Assembly (NCBI GenBank): GCA_038884755.1
Contig: JAWABJ010000001.1
Location: forward strand, 160,001 to 224,000
DNA: 64,000 nucleotides
DNA from: Candidatus Norongarragalinales archaeon
GTDB lineage: Archaea > Micrarchaeota > Micrarchaeia > Norongarragalinales > Norongarragalinaceae
Direction: 5' to 3'
A model generated the notes under the pieces. That model searched no databases and was not told where the DNA came from. It saw nothing but the letters and a program-made list of their open reading frames with translations. Every line of letters begins with the position of its first letter. Positions within the stretch are counted from its first letter, which is position 1. The translations under genes and the position numbers were made by a program. Shown here piece by piece: positions 36,975 through 46,911 of the stretch.

Positions 36975-39620
36975 TCAGAGTCCTTTATTCTTTCTTCTTC
37001 CTATCGAGTAGGCGACCAGCGCAACAACGAAAACCGCGATTATGAGCGCGTAAATCAAGCTCGAGTTTTGCGTTTGGATTCTAATTGCGTTTTCGTTCGG
37101 TTTCAGGGTTTGCGTCGGCTGGATTCTATTGGACTCGGGTTTTTCCTCGTCCACCAGCGTCAAAACGGTGAACTCGTCGAGAATTTTTTCTTCAGTTTTT
37201 TCGTTCAAACTCACGCTGACCGTGAATTTTTCGAACGGCTTAAGAGAAAGCCTTTCCCACGTTGCTATTATGCTTCCTTCGCTCGTTTGAGATGGTTTTG
37301 GTGAAATGTTTATTTTTCCGGCAATGTATTCAGAATAGTCGAAGGGCAGAGTCCACGCGAGCGTTCCTTTGAATCCCCTGCTTCCTGCAGTATATGATAG
37401 GGAAAACACGGTTTTAGAAAGGAAAAACTCGCCTTTTATCTTAGCCCTAGGGTCTAAAGTTTTTTCTTTCACCTTCGGCGCTGGAGCCGTAATAGTGGGC
37501 GTTGGTGTGGTTTTAGCACCACGCCAGTCTATGTAAACATCGCGTCCTCGTGAACCGCCCGAAACTACGGTCATTTGAAAGTTTGCAAGGAGAGTGGTGC
37601 AAGTTGCTGAATAGTTTTGCGCTTCGGGAAAACACGCGGTGTAGTTGAAAGTTTCAGCGAGGGCAGAAGGTGTTTGATTGCTTTCCTCTACGTAAGAACT
37701 GTCGAAATCCACGCTAGTGCCGTTGCGGTAGAGCGTGAGATTGCCTTCCGTGACGTTTTTCCAAGCCGAAGCGTTGACTGCCACGCTTGAGGTGTAACTC
37801 CTGTCTTCTGCGCTTCCGTCGAGTGTTGCAGTGATTGAAACGCTTCCCTTGCTTACAGTGAGAAAATGCGTGTCGGTCGATGTGCTGTAATTCGTGTTGG
37901 CATCACAGTGAATAGTGTAGTTGTAATATCCTGCCGCGAGAGTTGTTATTTCCGGGTTTGAGCGTATAGTGGAATTTCTGTACAATGTATCAATCACTAT
38001 TCCGGAACAAAAGCCCGAGGCGTTTACGCTTTGAGGATATGCGATAGTCAAATCTGCGTCGGTAGAGTTGAGCAATAGGTTTGCTCCCGTGGTGTTCTTC
38101 ACCACGACTATACTGTAAGTTTGCGAAGTGGAAGCTCCAACGCCATCCAACGCCGTGAAGTTATAGTAATAAGTTCCCGCAGGCAGTCCTGAAATATTGT
38201 AATTCCACACTCCAGAAGTGCTCGTTCCGTTCCAAAGACTCATGGTATAGTTGGTGTTTTGAAAACTCATGTTGACTTCGGAAATTCCGCTGTCGTCTTT
38301 CAAAGAAACGAAGAATTGCATCGTGAGTGGAGTGTTGAATTCCGAACCATTGGTGAAATTCGAGGTTTGCCACTGGAATTCTGGAGGTGCGTTTATCGAA
38401 ATCGTCACTTCGCTCGAACCAACTTGATTGTCGGTAACGTTCCTTTGAGTTTGGTTCCAACGCGAGCCTACTGACGCGGTGAAATTGTGGTATGAAGTGA
38501 ATACTTTCGTTTCACTTCCGTTCAGATAATAGTGCCTTAACTCCTGCCTTTGAACGTATCCTGTAGAATTGGTGGTTCCCGAAAAGTGGGTGTGAGATTC
38601 GTTGTCTATTACCACGACATTCGCTCCTTCAACCGCAGTGCCATTAGCGTATTTGACTACCACGTCAACCCACCACAACCGGTTTACTGTGGACTGGCTT
38701 AAGTTTCCGGTTGAGAATTCAAACTTGTCGCTTTGCCAAGTGGTGTTTGTAAAGTTGAAGTTTGTGCCGTTGATTAAAGCCACCGTTCCGTTTGCGTCTC
38801 CAGTGGAGTTTGTTTGGTTGATTATAACGTTTTTGAATACTACCGTAGTGAGCAGGGAATTCCCCATTTGTATCAAGTAGTTGGTCGTAGTTTTTCCTTG
38901 ACGTTGAATGAGCTTCGAGTTGTAAACCCTAAGGCTGTAATTGCCGGTCGTGTCGCTGGCGGTGTCGCCAAAACCGAAAATCACGGGAATGGCGTCTGTA
39001 TCTCCAGACGCGGCGTATTCTATTCGCGAATTTTCTACTATTACCGTAATGTTGCTTTTCGTTGCTTGAGCAAATCCCGCTCTCACAAGGCTGGTGCCGG
39101 TTATAGTAATGTTGGCTATGGAATTGTTGAAATACACCACCAGCGGTGCCCCGCTTGGATTTACGGACATTTGAAGACAAGCGCCATCCGGCTGTGCGGT
39201 AAGAGTCAATTTCTTTAGAGTGCCGTTAAAAAGAACGTTGTAAAACGTTAAGTTGGAATAAGTTGTGGTTATCGAAGCGCAAGAGTCGAATCCGGTTATG
39301 TACGCCAAGACATTAGTAAGATTGTTTCCGCCTTTACTGCCGTTTTGGAAAGAAAAAACCGTGGGGTTTCCGCTCGTTCCAGTATAGGTGGAAGTGATGT
39401 TGTAAGTTGGTTTGTCAGTTGTAAAACCGCTCGAGTTGGCTGAAGAATTGAAGGTTATGCTGGGAGTGGTTGAACTCGAAGTCGTGTGAGTCAAGTTTCC
39501 GGTTATATTATACCAGTCTCCTTGCGTTCCAATCGTGTAAGGAAGGGACGAGATTGTTATTGCAGACGCGGAGAGGAAAGAAGCCGTAACGACTGCTAAC
39601 AACAATAGCGCGATTTTCAT
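36975..39620 (-). CDS. Large Asn/Thr/Ser-rich surface glycoprotein (S-layer/adhesin-like)
   Basis: Signal peptide, many N-x-S/T sequons, Ig-like modules, C-terminal TM and basic tail; visibly more AT-rich than flanks. Confidence 0.75.
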   Translation of the reverse strand: MKIALLLLAVVTASFLSASAITISSLPYTIGTQGDWYNITGNLTHTTSSSTTPSITFNSSANSSGFTTDKPTYNITSTYTGTSGNPTVFSFQNGSKGGNNLTNVLAYITGFDSCASITTTYSNLTFYNVLFNGTLKKLTLTAQPDGACLQMSVNPSGAPLVVYFNNSIANITITGTSLVRAGFAQATKSNITVIVENSRIEYAASGDTDAIPVIFGFGDTASDTTGNYSLRVYNSKLIQRQGKTTTNYLIQMGNSLLTTVVFKNVIINQTNSTGDANGTVALINGTNFNFTNTTWQSDKFEFSTGNLSQSTVNRLWWVDVVVKYANGTAVEGANVVVIDNESHTHFSGTTNSTGYVQRQELRHYYLNGSETKVFTSYHNFTASVGSRWNQTQRNVTDNQVGSSEVTISINAPPEFQWQTSNFTNGSEFNTPLTMQFFVSLKDDSGISEVNMSFQNTNYTMSLWNGTSTSGVWNYNISGLPAGTYYYNFTALDGVGASTSQTYSIVVVKNTTGANLLLNSTDADLTIAYPQSVNASGFCSGIVIDTLYRNSTIRSNPEITTLAAGYYNYTIHCDANTNYSTSTDTHFLTVSKGSVSITATLDGSAEDRSYTSSVAVNASAWKNVTEGNLTLYRNGTSVDFDSSYVEESNQTPSALAETFNYTACFPEAQNYSATCTTLLANFQMTVVSGGSRGRDVYIDWRGAKTTPTPTITAPAPKVKEKTLDPRAKIKGEFFLSKTVFSLSYTAGSRGFKGTLAWTLPFDYSEYIAGKINISPKPSQTSEGSIIATWERLSLKPFEKFTVSVSLNEKTEEKILDEFTVLTLVDEEKPESNRIQPTQTLKPNENAIRIQTQNSSLIYALIIAVFVVALVAYSIGRRKNKGL

Positions 39621-39694
39621 TCAACTACCTCTCGACTTTTATAATTAGCTAACGAATTTGCAATTAAAAATCAAGCTGGTTTCAAGCTTTTTTG

Positions 39695-40642
39695 TCAATA
39701 CGCTCGTTTTGACAATTGCTTGATCATGTCTTTAGTCATAGCTGTCAAGTCGTACTCGGGCTTCCAGCCCCATTCTTCGCGCGCTGCACTGTCGTCAATG
39801 CTTTTTGGCCAAGAGTCAGCAATAGCCTGCCTGAAGTCGGGTTTGTAGCTTATTGTGAATTCGGGAATCTCTTGCTGAATGGCGGCCGCGATTTCGGCTG
39901 GAGAAAAACTCATTGCGGAAACGTTGAAGTCGGTTCTATGCTTTAGTTTCGAGCCGTCCGCTTCGGCAAGCTGGATTATTGCCCTGAGCGCGTCGGGCAT
40001 GTACATCATTGGCAATGCAGAGTCGGGCTTGAGGAAGCACGTGTAGTGCTGGCGTTTTACGGCATAGTAGTATATTTCGACGGCGTAATCCGTAGTCCCG
40101 CCTCCGGGTTGCGTGACGTTGCTTATTATTCCCGGCAAGCGCAATCCGCGCACGTCCACTCCGAATTTCTTGAAGTAATAATTCCCGAGCAGCTCGCCGT
40201 GCACTTTGGAAATGCCGTACATGGTGGTTGGCTTGAGTATGGTTTCGTTGGGCGTGTTGTCTCGCGGCGTTTCGGGCCCGAAGACTGCGATTGAACTGGG
40301 AACCATCACGCGCTCGAGTTTTTTCTCCCTCGCCGTCTCGAGAACGTTGTATAACGTGGTGTTGTTGACGAAATAAGCGAATTGCGGGTTTTTTTCCCCT
40401 GCTGCCGAAAGTATTGACGCCAAGTGGTATATCGCGTCAACGCCGTTTTTTTCTACGCAAGCGTCAATCTGCTCTTTTTTCGTCGCATCCAATACGCCGG
40501 TAGGTCCGTGGTTTTGCGCTTCCGGCGAAGCGGGCTTGATGTCCGTCGCAATAACGTTTTCCTTCCCGTATTTTTTTCTCAACTCAGGGACGAGTTCAGA
40601 GCCGATTTGCCCGAACGCACCTATGACTAGGACTTTTTTCAC
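39695..40642 (-). CDS. L-threonine 3-dehydrogenase (SDR/GalE-like)
   Basis: GAFGQIGSEL, HLASILSAAGE, TMYGISK, PGGGTTDYAV; divergent from kbl. Confidence 0.88.
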   Translation of the reverse strand: MKKVLVIGAFGQIGSELVPELRKKYGKENVIATDIKPASPEAQNHGPTGVLDATKKEQIDACVEKNGVDAIYHLASILSAAGEKNPQFAYFVNNTTLYNVLETAREKKLERVMVPSSIAVFGPETPRDNTPNETILKPTTMYGISKVHGELLGNYYFKKFGVDVRGLRLPGIISNVTQPGGGTTDYAVEIYYYAVKRQHYTCFLKPDSALPMMYMPDALRAIIQLAEADGSKLKHRTDFNVSAMSFSPAEIAAAIQQEIPEFTISYKPDFRQAIADSWPKSIDDSAAREEWGWKPEYDLTAMTKDMIKQLSKRAY

Positions 40643-40804
40643 TCAGCATACCCCCTAGCAAACATTATTTTTTGTTAAAAATATTTTGGGCTCAATCCTT
40701 AAAAGACGAAGGCAATTCGCCGATTGTCGTTGTTGCTTTCGGTTTTTATTGTTTGTGCGGCTAGTTTTGTTTATTGCATTGGTTTCTTGGGAAGGCGTTG
40801 AACA

Positions 40805-42001
40805 ATGGCTAAACGGGATGCGACTTCGTTCTTGAAGCAGGAGTATGAAGCGCTGGTGCAGCAAAGCTTGGACTGGCGGATAAAGCAGTTGCAAGGCCCT
40901 TCAACCGCGCACGCGAAAGTCGACGGCAAGAATGTTTTGATGCTTTGTTCTAACAATTACTTGAATTTGTCCAACCACCCCAAACTCAAGGAAGCGGCTA
41001 TACGCGCGGTGCAAACGCACGGCGCAGGGAGCGGCAGCGTAAGGGCAATTGCGGGAAGCATGGATTTGCACTTGGCTTTGGAAAGAAAGATAGCTTCGTT
41101 CAAACACGCCGAAGCAGCGTTGTACTATCAGACTGGTTTTGCGGTGAACGCGGGTTTGATTCCGCAGTTGGTGGGCGAAGGCGACGTGGTGATAAGCGAT
41201 GAATTAAACCACGGTTCCATCATTGACGGCGTAAGGTTGAGCAAGGCGGAACGCGCGATTTACAAGCACTGTGACGTCGGCGATTTGGAGAGAGTATTGA
41301 AGGAATTGGATTCCAGACCCACGCCCCCGAGAAGAATTTTGGTTATCACTGACGGTGTTTTTTCTATGGACGGCGACATCGCGCCGTTGGACAAGATTGC
41401 CGGCATTGCAGAAGCGCACGGCGCGATGGTTTACGTTGACGACGCGCACGGCGACGGAGTGCTGGGCGAAGGCGGGAGGGGTATAGTAAATCATTTTCAT
41501 TTGGAGGGGAAAGTGCACGTGGAAATGGGCACTTTCTCGAAAGCTTTCGGAGTCGTCGGGGGCAGTATTGCCGGTAGCAAAGACTTGGTTGCTTTCGCGT
41601 TGAACAAGTCGCGCACTTGGCTGTTGAGCGGTTCTGCGCCTCCTGCGACTGTCGCTGCATGCTTTGCAGCGCTGGAAGTTTTGGAAACAGAGCCGCAGCA
41701 TTTCAAGAAACTGTGGGACAACACGAATTACTTCAAGAAAGAGTTGCAGGCGCTGGGTTTCGATACGGGCGTGAGCCAAACGCCCATAACGCCAGTGATA
41801 GTTGGGGAAAGCGGGAAAGCGAAAGCGTTGAGCGAAAAGCTCTTTGAAACAGGCGTTTTCGCCCTGCCCATTGTTTTTCCGATGGTTGCGAAAGACAAGG
41901 CGAGAATACGCACGATGATGAATGCAGGGCTTTCGAAAGAGGATTTGGATTTTGCTTTGAACGCATTCGAAAAATCGGGCAAGGAACTCGGAATAATTTG
42001 A
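40805..42001 (+). CDS. kbl: Glycine C-acetyltransferase (2-amino-3-ketobutyrate CoA ligase)
   Basis: SNNYLNL, SDELNHGSIIDG, TDGVFSMDGD, DDAHG, GTFSKAFG. Confidence 0.88.
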   Translation: MAKRDATSFLKQEYEALVQQSLDWRIKQLQGPSTAHAKVDGKNVLMLCSNNYLNLSNHPKLKEAAIRAVQTHGAGSGSVRAIAGSMDLHLALERKIASFKHAEAALYYQTGFAVNAGLIPQLVGEGDVVISDELNHGSIIDGVRLSKAERAIYKHCDVGDLERVLKELDSRPTPPRRILVITDGVFSMDGDIAPLDKIAGIAEAHGAMVYVDDAHGDGVLGEGGRGIVNHFHLEGKVHVEMGTFSKAFGVVGGSIAGSKDLVAFALNKSRTWLLSGSAPPATVAACFAALEVLETEPQHFKKLWDNTNYFKKELQALGFDTGVSQTPITPVIVGESGKAKALSEKLFETGVFALPIVFPMVAKDKARIRTMMNAGLSKEDLDFALNAFEKSGKELGII

Positions 42002-42023
42002 GCGAAAAAAGGTTGGTTTTTCT

Positions 42024-43451
42024 TTGAGCAAGACGAAAATCGTTTGCACCCTCGGCCCTTCCACTTCGTCCGAGGAAACTATACGCAAGCTCGCGCGCAA
42101 GGGCATGGACGTTGCGCGCTTGAACTTTTCCCACGGCAGGCTTTCCGACCACGCTAGAATGATTTCCTTAGTGAAGAAAGTGCGGCGCGAATTGGGGGTT
42201 CCGATTGCGATTCTTGCGGACTTGCAGGGTCCGCGCATTCGAACCGGCGTTTTCAAGAGCGGAAAGGCGGAATTGAAGCGCGGGAGCACGGTGCTCGTCA
42301 ATTCCGAGAGCGATTTCGTCGGTTCCGGCCGCGAGTTCAGCATTCCTTACGCCCGCTTGTCCAAGGAAGTGGGCGTGGGCGACAGGATTTTCATCGACGG
42401 CGGGCTCATCGAGCTTTTGGTCGTGGGAAAGAAAAACGGGGTTTTGGCTGCAGAGGTCGTTGAAGGCGGGGAAGTGGGCGACCACAAGGGCGTCAACCTT
42501 CCCAACGCCGACATTTCACTCAACTCCCTCACCCGCAAGGACTTGCGCGACTTGAAGTTTTTGCAGTCTCAAAACGCGGATTACGTGGCGCAGAGCTTCG
42601 TGCGCGTAGCGGGAGACGTGATGTTTTTGAAAAAAAAGCTTTCCAGGTGGAAGCTCAAGCCGAAAGTAATTGCAAAGATAGAGACTGCTAAGGCGCTGTA
42701 CGACATTGATGCGATAATCGACGAGAGCGACGGCATAATGATCGCGCGCGGGGATTTGGGCATAGAGCTCAACCCCGAGGAAGTGCCGTTAATCCAAAAA
42801 AGCTTGATTAAAAAGTGCAACGCGGCTTTCAAGCCCGTCATTACTGCAACGCAGATGCTCGAGAGCATGACGTACTCTCCCATTCCCACGCGTGCGGAGG
42901 CGAGCGATGTTGCGAACGCAGTTCTCGACGGAACCGACGCGTTGATGCTCAGCGGCGAGACCGCGATGGGAAAATACCCTTTGAAGGCAGTGGAAACTAT
43001 GGATTCGATAGCCAAGAAGGCGGAATTCGTCTTGACGCACGCCCCGCACTTCGACTCTTTCGAGGGAAAGCCCCTTCATCATTCCATAGTCGAGGCGATA
43101 AGCGGCGCAGTCACGCACACGGCTTTTCACTTGAAGGCGAAGTTCATCGTCGCCTATACCACGCACGGAACTACTGCGAGGCTGATTTCAAAACACAAGC
43201 CTCCCCAGAAAATAATCGCTTTCACCCCCCACGAGTCGGCGCGAAACCAGTGCGCGTTGTTGTGGGGCGTCGAACCGCTGCTTTTGCGCAAGGCGGGCGG
43301 GCTGGAAGATTTCACGCGCATGGCGGAAACGGAATTGAAGGCGAGAAAGCTCGTGAAGAAAGGCGATTTGCTTGTTTTGACCGCGGGCATTCCGCTTGAA
43401 GTGAGCGGGAACACGAACGTAATGAAAGTGCACGTGGTAAACGGCTTTTGA
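42024..43451 (+). CDS. pyk: Pyruvate kinase
   Basis: KTKIVCTLGP, ARLNFSHG, MIARGDLG, TATQMLESM, LSGETA. Confidence 0.97.
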   Translation: MSKTKIVCTLGPSTSSEETIRKLARKGMDVARLNFSHGRLSDHARMISLVKKVRRELGVPIAILADLQGPRIRTGVFKSGKAELKRGSTVLVNSESDFVGSGREFSIPYARLSKEVGVGDRIFIDGGLIELLVVGKKNGVLAAEVVEGGEVGDHKGVNLPNADISLNSLTRKDLRDLKFLQSQNADYVAQSFVRVAGDVMFLKKKLSRWKLKPKVIAKIETAKALYDIDAIIDESDGIMIARGDLGIELNPEEVPLIQKSLIKKCNAAFKPVITATQMLESMTYSPIPTRAEASDVANAVLDGTDALMLSGETAMGKYPLKAVETMDSIAKKAEFVLTHAPHFDSFEGKPLHHSIVEAISGAVTHTAFHLKAKFIVAYTTHGTTARLISKHKPPQKIIAFTPHESARNQCALLWGVEPLLLRKAGGLEDFTRMAETELKARKLVKKGDLLVLTAGIPLEVSGNTNVMKVHVVNGF

Positions 43452-43476
43452 CTTTGTTTTGCTTGCCTTTTTTTTT

Positions 43477-46400
43477 TCAAACGAAGTTTGCTAGCGAAAA
43501 CTGCTTTTCGGCTTTTTCGCGAAACACTTCCTTTATCTCGCGTTCGATGAGCATGAGCCTTTGCTTGAGGTATTCCGGCAAATCAAACCGTTCCGCCATT
43601 TCCTTGGCGATGCCGAGGTACTTTTCAATTCCCGCCTTGTGTATAGTGAGCAAAAGCTTTCCGCCGCACTTGCGGCATTTGCCAGCCAAAGGCGGGCGGC
43701 GGTATTTAGCGTTGCATTCGCCGCAGCGGAATTTCTGGCGGGAGAACGAGCGCAGGTTCCCGTAAAGGTCCGGGAAAAAGTGCGAGAGGATTATGCGTTC
43801 GGCCGCCTGTTGCGCGTCGACGGCGCGGATTTTTTCCATCAGGCGCAGTTCGGCCTCGAGTTTTTGCTGCATGCTTGTGGCGAGCTTGACGTAGCTGCTT
43901 CTGAAGGGCGTGAGCGGGTCTATGGTGCAGGCGTGCGTGAACCCTATGCCTTCGTACTGCTGTTCCTTTCCGAGCGTGTCGGAAATTGTTTCTATCTGCA
44001 CTTCGCCGGGACTGGAGTAGTTGAGCGTAGCTTGGTAGAATTCCAGTGGGTAAGCCCACGCCCGGTCCATGGCGTGCACTTCGTCGTCCACTTCCAGTGG
44101 GTCGAGAATGGTCGTCAGCACGAGCGGCGCGTCCATTTTCCCGCCGCGCGTTTCCGGCAGGAATTCACGGGAAAAATTAAGGAGCCCGTCCATCATCATT
44201 ATTATCGCTAGTTCATCTCCGTCCGCGTTTCTCCGGCAGGCGCAGTGCAGGTAAGGGTGCGCTATTATGCCTTGCACTTGCGCGTAGCCTATGACCCTGC
44301 ACACTATTCCTGCTGAAGTGTGCGGGGCGATTGCGATGCTTTGCGTTCCCACCAAGTCCTTTTCGCTCGAGGCGTTGTAGAATGCCGGCAAGTTGTAAAA
44401 GTAAACGAGCAAATCGTCGATGAAGCGGGAAACGCGCAGCAAATACTGCATGCACTCTTGCGAAACGATGATGTCTTGGGGTTTGAGTTCCACGAGCTGG
44501 CTTTCGTTTTCCAACGCGTTTCCAAGCGCGTCTTTCTCGTAACCCATTTCCCTGAGTTTTTCCACGCTCGTGCCTATTTCGGCGGGGTAAAAGTGCGTGC
44601 ACGGGATTTCGGTCGCGTCAAAGCGGCTGGTGCCGTCTCGGAACACGGTGATTCCGTGCTTTGCTCGAAGAAAGCCTTTCTCGAGGGCTTCTGGCGTTTT
44701 TCTCGCGGAAATCAGGCCTTGCACCGCCTTGACTTCGTCGGGCACGAGCCCAGTTTTTGCAATGGCGTTGTCGACCGCGCGTACTAGGTTGAGCTGCTGA
44801 ATTTCGAACGCAGCGCCTTCGCTTCCACACTGGCATTCTTGTTTTTCGTTGAGCCTTCCGCACTTGGGGCATTTGAATGCGGGCGTGGTCTTCCCGCCGC
44901 AATCGCATTTTCTCGCCCAGTTTTGCTTTCCACAATCCGCGCACTTTCTCACTTCAAGTTCGAATTCGGCAGTGGGGCTTCCGCCGGATTGCTTGACCGT
45001 AGCGTAAGCTTTCTTTACGCTTCGCACTTTTCCGCCCAGGAAGCCGATGGGGAAAAGCGAGTGAACGGGCGGCTTCATCTTGCGCTCGCGGCTTTTTTCA
45101 GGCCTGCCCATAGCGCTTCCAACGTAAACCCCGCTTTTTCCGCGGATTTCGAACGGCGAGACAGAGTTTATTATTTGCAAAACGCTTTTGTCCTTGCTTT
45201 CGGCAATCGCCTTTCTCACTGCCGAAGCGTCTAGTTTTTTGCTTTTCAGCATTCCCAATGGCGCGAGGAGGGAAAGCGCGGCGTCCTTGCCGAAAATTAT
45301 TTCACTTTCTTTCACCGAATGCTCGACGCCGAGGTTTTCGAGAATGGTTTTTTCCTGCGCGAGAGGCAGGGAAAAGCTCTTGAATTCGAACCACTCCATT
45401 TCCAGCCTGCCTTTTTCCAAGTACGCCACGAGTTTTTCCAATTCTTCGGCGTTCAAGTCGCTCCAGAACAGAGTGTGAGAAGGCGCGAGGGGGACGCCGT
45501 GTTTTTCGCAAAGTTCTTTCGCGCCGTCGAAGGAAATGGTCTTGAGTTCTTGCGCAGTTTTCTCTATTCCCCTGCCTTTCAACTCTAGGGCAAGCCACTC
45601 TTCCACCCACGGGGAAGGGACGAGCGGGTGGGCGCTCTTGTTGAAATCGCCGTAGCAGCACAGCATGTCGCCGAGAAAAAGTATTTCCTTGACTTTGTTG
45701 CGCAGCGCGTAAGCCTCGTCAATGTTCGATATTTTTTTTACGCTGTCGTCGTCCAAAAGCACTATGGGCCCGTCGATAGTTTCGCAGGGGGTTACGATGC
45801 ACCCTTTAGCTGGGCGTTCGGTTTTCACTTGAGTGCCGAACACAGGAAAATCGTCCAGCAAAACCATTGTGGCAGGGTGAATTGCTTTGGCCAGAATTCC
45901 AGTGAACCGAGTTCTGCCGTAGCGAAGGCGGAAGCCGCCTTTGCGCATGGGGAAAGAGAATATCGGGCGTCCAGCGACGATTTCTTCCATGAACCTTTCG
46001 TTCGGCTTTATTTCGACTTTCTTCGCTTCTTGCTTGGCGACTTTAATCAAATTCTCGAGCCACTGCCAGTCGAGCCCGTTTTTTTTCGCGATTTTCAAGA
46101 CTTTCGCCGCTTTCAAGCACACGCCTTCGCCTATCACCAGGCACACGCCGCTTCTCACGCGGTTGGTTTCTATCGAGGCTACGTCCCTGTTCACGCTCAC
46201 TTCATATTCTTCGGTGGGCTCTCCATCTATGCGGACGGGGCAGTTTTTCACCACCCAAATTGTTTCTTCGCGCGTCGGCACGTATTGTCCAGCGCGTGTT
46301 TTGCGCGCGTACAATCCTGTTTCTTCAACATAGCGTTCGAGCTCGCTTTCGAGCGGGCGGTACTCTCGGATGCCGAAAAACTTCCTGCAATAATCCGCCA

Positions 46401-46911
46401 GTAGCAGGGCGAACGCCTGTCCCGTTCCCCCTGCCCCGCGTATCGGGCCTGCAAAGTACACGCCAACGTAATCGCTCCCGTCTGGGTTTTGCTTGATTTT
46501 TATTTTCGAAACGCCTTCAATCGGCGCCGAAACCACCCCTTCCGTGAAAAGCGCGAGGCCGGTGCGCACCGCCTGTTCGATGAGCTTTTCCTTGTCTTCC
46601 TTGGAATCGGTTTTTTCCTGGCTTTCTTGCAATGAAAACTGTTTTTCCAGGATTTTCTTAGCGATTTCAAAGCAGGTTTTCTCACGGTTGTGCTGTTCGC
46701 CTAGAGCGCGTATCGTTTCCGCAACGCCTTTCGGCCCCACCAGTCCTTCGACGCGTGCGGCGACGTCTTGCGCAGGCGCTATTTCCACTGTTGCTACGGG
46801 GTCGAGGTTTCTTTCCCTCGCTTTCCCAGCTGCTTCCAACTGCTTCTGCAATTCGCCTTCAAGCATTCTGAAGTAGCCTTTCATTTCCTGCGAAGAGTTC
46901 TGGGTGTTCAC
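43477..46911 (-). CDS. polC: DNA polymerase D large subunit DP2
   Basis: FAGPIRGAGGT, MGRPEKS, RRNADGDE, RGGKMDAPL, C-terminal Zn finger and QFSLANF PIP box. Confidence 0.96.
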   Translation of the reverse strand: MNTQNSSQEMKGYFRMLEGELQKQLEAAGKARERNLDPVATVEIAPAQDVAARVEGLVGPKGVAETIRALGEQHNREKTCFEIAKKILEKQFSLQESQEKTDSKEDKEKLIEQAVRTGLALFTEGVVSAPIEGVSKIKIKQNPDGSDYVGVYFAGPIRGAGGTGQAFALLLADYCRKFFGIREYRPLESELERYVEETGLYARKTRAGQYVPTREETIWVVKNCPVRIDGEPTEEYEVSVNRDVASIETNRVRSGVCLVIGEGVCLKAAKVLKIAKKNGLDWQWLENLIKVAKQEAKKVEIKPNERFMEEIVAGRPIFSFPMRKGGFRLRYGRTRFTGILAKAIHPATMVLLDDFPVFGTQVKTERPAKGCIVTPCETIDGPIVLLDDDSVKKISNIDEAYALRNKVKEILFLGDMLCCYGDFNKSAHPLVPSPWVEEWLALELKGRGIEKTAQELKTISFDGAKELCEKHGVPLAPSHTLFWSDLNAEELEKLVAYLEKGRLEMEWFEFKSFSLPLAQEKTILENLGVEHSVKESEIIFGKDAALSLLAPLGMLKSKKLDASAVRKAIAESKDKSVLQIINSVSPFEIRGKSGVYVGSAMGRPEKSRERKMKPPVHSLFPIGFLGGKVRSVKKAYATVKQSGGSPTAEFELEVRKCADCGKQNWARKCDCGGKTTPAFKCPKCGRLNEKQECQCGSEGAAFEIQQLNLVRAVDNAIAKTGLVPDEVKAVQGLISARKTPEALEKGFLRAKHGITVFRDGTSRFDATEIPCTHFYPAEIGTSVEKLREMGYEKDALGNALENESQLVELKPQDIIVSQECMQYLLRVSRFIDDLLVYFYNLPAFYNASSEKDLVGTQSIAIAPHTSAGIVCRVIGYAQVQGIIAHPYLHCACRRNADGDELAIIMMMDGLLNFSREFLPETRGGKMDAPLVLTTILDPLEVDDEVHAMDRAWAYPLEFYQATLNYSSPGEVQIETISDTLGKEQQYEGIGFTHACTIDPLTPFRSSYVKLATSMQQKLEAELRLMEKIRAVDAQQAAERIILSHFFPDLYGNLRSFSRQKFRCGECNAKYRRPPLAGKCRKCGGKLLLTIHKAGIEKYLGIAKEMAERFDLPEYLKQRLMLIEREIKEVFREKAEKQFSLANFV

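Noticed and set aside
22921..46911. Inteins in PolB or DP2
   Set aside because: Lengths are normal, catalytic motifs are contiguous, and I saw no intein terminal motifs.
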